Shown here: positions 60,370 through 64,000 of the stretch, in pieces
How positions within the stretch are numbered: position 1 is the stretch's first letter
Layout: the number at the start of each line of letters is the position of its first letter
DNA from: Paraspadella gotoi
Lineage: Eukaryota > Animalia > Chaetognatha
Direction of reading: 5' to 3'
DNA: 64,000 nucleotides
Assembly (NCBI GenBank): GCA_051294375.1
Contig: CM119265.1
Location: 22,518,636-22,582,635 of the forward strand
Made by a program: the position numbers and the translations under genes
The notes under the pieces: model-generated
Told to the model about the DNA's origin: nothing
Databases searched by the model: none
Seen by the model: the letters and a program-made list of their open reading frames with translations, nothing else

Positions 60370-61387
60370 TTTTTATCGTCGCTTTGCATTTGCGTCGATT
60401 TTGCTGTGGTTTTGCACATAAGTGGCGTCGTTGTCGTCGTTGTCGTTGTCGACGTTCCAAATTATAGATCGCCTTTTTCTTGTTTACATTTGGGTGTATG
60501 AAGCTTTAATATTTATATACAGCTTCTCATCATCGAGGTTGTTGAAATTGGGTGAGACAGTTATAAAATGTTTTGTTTACGTTTTATTCAAAAACAAACA
60601 AATTTCCTCTCTTTATTTTATGTCTCCTTCCTCTCTCTTTTCTCTTTTAATTATATGTAGCTCTCTCCTCTCTCTTTTCCCCAGTCACTGATTCATCAAA
60701 AAAAAACGAGTAAGCAGCTGGCTCTGCAGGGGCTTTTTCTTTTTCTCTCTTTCTCCTGCTGCTTCTGCTGCTGCCTTTTGATTTCTTTCTTTTTATTTTC
60801 ATGTCTCCTTCTCTCTCTCTTTCTCGTTTAATTATAAAAGCTCTATCTCTCTCTTTTCCCCAGGCTAATTCATCGGAAAAACAAATGAGTCTGCAGCTGG
60901 CTCTGCAGGGGCTTTTTCTTTTCTCTCTTTTTCTCTGCTGCTTCTGCTGCTGCCTTTTGATTTCTTTCTTTTTTTTTTGGCTGCCTCTGCTGCTGCCGCA
61001 GCTGATTCGTCCAAAAACGATTTGGCTTCTCTCTCTCTCTCTCTCTCTGAGTTTTTATTAAAAAAAAATTTTGTTATCGCAACATCGGGTTTTTATTTCA
61101 TTCTTTCTTCTCGTCACTCTCTCTTTATTTTTATTTCTTTCCTTCTTATCCTTTTTATCTTTCTATCCTTTCTATTCTTTCTTTCCTTTCTATTCTTTTC
61201 TTTCCTTTCTATTCTTTCTTTTCTCTTTTTCCTCTCTATTCTTTCTTTATATTTATTCTTTTCTTCTTTTCTTTCTATTTATTTAAATTAATTTTCTTTT
61301 CTCAAATTTGATTTTTTAGTATCATTTGTCGTCAATCCAGATTTTTCTTATTCAATTGTGACGCTCCTTATGCTTTTAAGATTTTTT
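60370..61387 (+). mobile_element. HINE family B, full-length copy with internal duplication
   Basis: 5' TTTTATCGTCGC...TGCGTCGAT, (GTC/GTT)n and the shared core. A ~180-bp internal block is duplicated (~60615-60795, ~60795-60975). 3' end CAATTGTGACGCTCCTTATGCTTTTAAGATTTTT. Confidence 0.8.
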
Positions 61388-62989
61388 CTACAGGTAACTC
61401 TTTTTCTTTACTCGATAAAACTGGAGGGAGCGATATCTCCCAAAACTAGGAGTGTAATAGCTCAGCCGTTAGTAATGGATGGCAGGAAGGTTAGTTTGTG
61501 CCCCATTGGAGGATTTTTAAAAAAAAATTCAAAAAATATGCGCTCAGCCCTAAAAAAATTTTTTTACAATATTGCTTAGCAGCAGTATTAATGAAGCTTG
61601 CCCATATTTTTGACATAAATACTCCTAGAACGAGACCTAACCATAATGATGTAATAAAAATTTTTGAATTAATTATTTATTTTTGGTTAATAATTAATTT
61701 AGTTCACATAATAATTTTAAAAGTATCTGAAAATATCCAAGGTAAATTGATTCTTTTTTTAACAAAATGATACATGAAACAGAGCAGTTTTAATAGTAAA
61801 AAATAAAATTTTAAAAATTATTTTAATCACCAAAAATATTTTTGCAATATTATAAAATAATATCTCATAGCTCTTAACACTAATTAAACATATTTAAAAC
61901 TTATAAAGTGGTTGAAAGCGGACTCATTGCTGATTCCAAATCTTATTTTGTTTTTAAACTTTGATTTTTGTTCCTTGTTTTACAGTCTCATCATCATTTT
62001 GTAAAAAATTGAAGAAATCGTCCTCTTTCAACCTTTATAAAAATGATTGGGTCCACTTGTGCTGGAAAAATATTTAAAGTTAATCTTTAAAAATGTCTTA
62101 ATATCTACTTGCTATCAAAATTTTAATAGTGAGAAGAGATAGATCTTTGCCCCAAACCGATTCTCGAACGTGGATAAATGTCACCTTATTATATTTTTAT
62201 GAAAAAAAAGAATAAGATTTTTTCTTAATAGGCACAATATTGCTAGTCATTCTCTCATGGCAACGCATAAGCGCGTCATGATTGGCTGTCTTGAACTGCT
62301 GGCAGAAATGCTCTTTCACTAGGGATTTAAGTGAAGTTGAGTCATCTTAAATGTAGTTTTGCAATATTGAGGACAACCTCACAACATTTTGAGTTCACCT
62401 ATCTTTTCTTACTAACATGAACAACCAAAGCTCAGCGTCTCTAATGCAGACTAAAGAGTAGAACTTTCCATATTGAAAAGTTTTAAATCAAAACGTTGTG
62501 TAAAATGGTGCCCATTTATCATATGAATTTTTGAACATTTGTTTTCAAAAAAAAAATTACAGTTAAATGGGCGGCCAACTCTGAACACAACAATGAAAAA
62601 AGGTAAAAGAATTTACTATTGTTCATAAATATCTTTCTAAAGATTATATTACTACAGGGACGAAACCAATCTATCTGTAGAGCGGAAAAAACTTGGACGA
62701 TGTTTACTACCTCGCATTAATAATTAAGTTATTTTTTTACCAACTTAATTTTTTAACCTATTTTTAGTTTGATAATCTTTTAAAAAATGATATTTTTAAC
62801 ATGTTTGTGAAGATTTAAAAAAAAATTATGCTCATTGAATAGAGAGAATAATTTCTTTGTTTTGCTAAAAGAATTAAAAAAAAAGATTAGTGTTAAAAAA
62901 ACTTTTAAATTGTAAAAAAAAATTACTTACCTTAATAATTATTTTTATTAATTAGGTTTAACTAACGTTAAAAAAGAAAGGGAATGCAC

Positions 62990-64000
62990 TTTTCTTAGAG
63001 AAAATGTACTTATGTTTTTTCCACTTTAATACTCATTTCACTGCACATTCGGTCAAAATTTATATCTAGCTTTTCACACACTTTCCTACCGCTCCACAAA
63101 ATTTATCTCTAATCATTATGGGTTAAATAAGTCAAAAAGATTCAAGTAAATAGACTTCATATGTCTTTTTCATTTAAACTCATTTCCACTCGTACGTTTC
63201 CAACGAACTTTATCAAGCATTCGTTACACATTTTCTACCCACACACAAAAATTTGAATCAATCTATCCATCCAGATTATGATTAATTAGATTACTTATGG
63301 TTAAATTAAGTAAAAATATTTTAGTTAAAATGCACTTGATGTTTTTTCCACTAGAACTCAGTTCACTCACACGTTCCGTCGAAACTTTATATCCCAGCTT
63401 ATCACCTCACTTCCTACCCACACACAAAATATTCATTTCAATCAACCAGCCAATCACGTAAGTTATTGGGCTTTTTGCTAAGTGGACGATGGACGGATGA
63501 TTGCACTGTATTAATTATTTATGATAATTTAATTGACTAATTGATTAATTACACTGATTATTATTTCGATTTTATATACATCTCTGCATTAACATTAATA
63601 TGAAAGGGAAAAAAGAACATAATACAATGTAGCAAACAGGCTTTTTTGTTTTTCCATTAAAACTACATTTTCCACTCAAACGATTTTCCATCGAAACTTT
63701 GATTTCCTGTTGATCAACTCATCCCTTTCTACCCAAATAAACAAAATTCAAGTTCAATCGCACCTCTATTCATGAGCAGATGGTGCTTCAAATAGTAATT
63801 AATTTTTTATGTCTTTTTCCATTTAACACTCAATTTCCACACTTGGACGATATATACTCCAGACTTTCACTTTAATTCTCAATGCTCATATCATCACACT
63901 TCCCTACTACCACACAAAAACTTCCATTCAAATCCATCACATCCAACTCACGAAGTAATTGGTCCGTTTTTTTGTAAGGCTAGACGAGGGACGGAACGAC
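62990..64000 (-). repeat. Tandem ~150-175-bp units derived from the HINE family A interior (runs off the window)
   Basis: Five recurrences of TTTTCCA..TAAACTCATTTCCACT...CACACTTTCCTACCCAC (~63017, 63165, 63342, 63650, 63813). They are reverse-complementary to the GTGGGTAGGAAAGTGTGTG segments of family A. GGAC-type microsatellites at ~63484 and ~63990. Confidence 0.75.

Overview
Animal (invertebrate-type) genomic DNA with GC-rich exons in AT-rich, repeat-laden introns. I reconstructed seven spliced genes by hand, all on the + strand and tightly packed: SHC adaptor (2717-10005), USP40 (11064-21453), DNAJC28 (21865-25346), a MAST kinase with an unexpected N-terminal SAM-like domain (27134-43306), an unnamed SUEL-lectin/CUB single-pass receptor (44668-51544), MEAF6 (52946-55571) and a C-terminally extended FAM133 (55748-58004). 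There is also an intronless 244-aa orphan ORF (25773-26507). Introns carry several Helentron/DINE-1-like non-autonomous families, two MITEs, tRNA-like SINE heads and minisatellites. The most striking feature is a 2.48-kb gag-only DIRS1-like element (48640-51115) with inverted terminal repeats and an internal complementary region (ICR). The ICR lies on the 5' side, apparently inside a GT-AG intron of gag, so splicing would separate Gag mRNA from replication-competent RNA. Other leads are an operon/trans-splicing-like layout (176-nt MEAF6-FAM133 spacer), four GC-AG introns and a repeat with conserved hairpin ends. All exon models are manual and lack RNA support; family assignments come from recalled motifs, not database searches.
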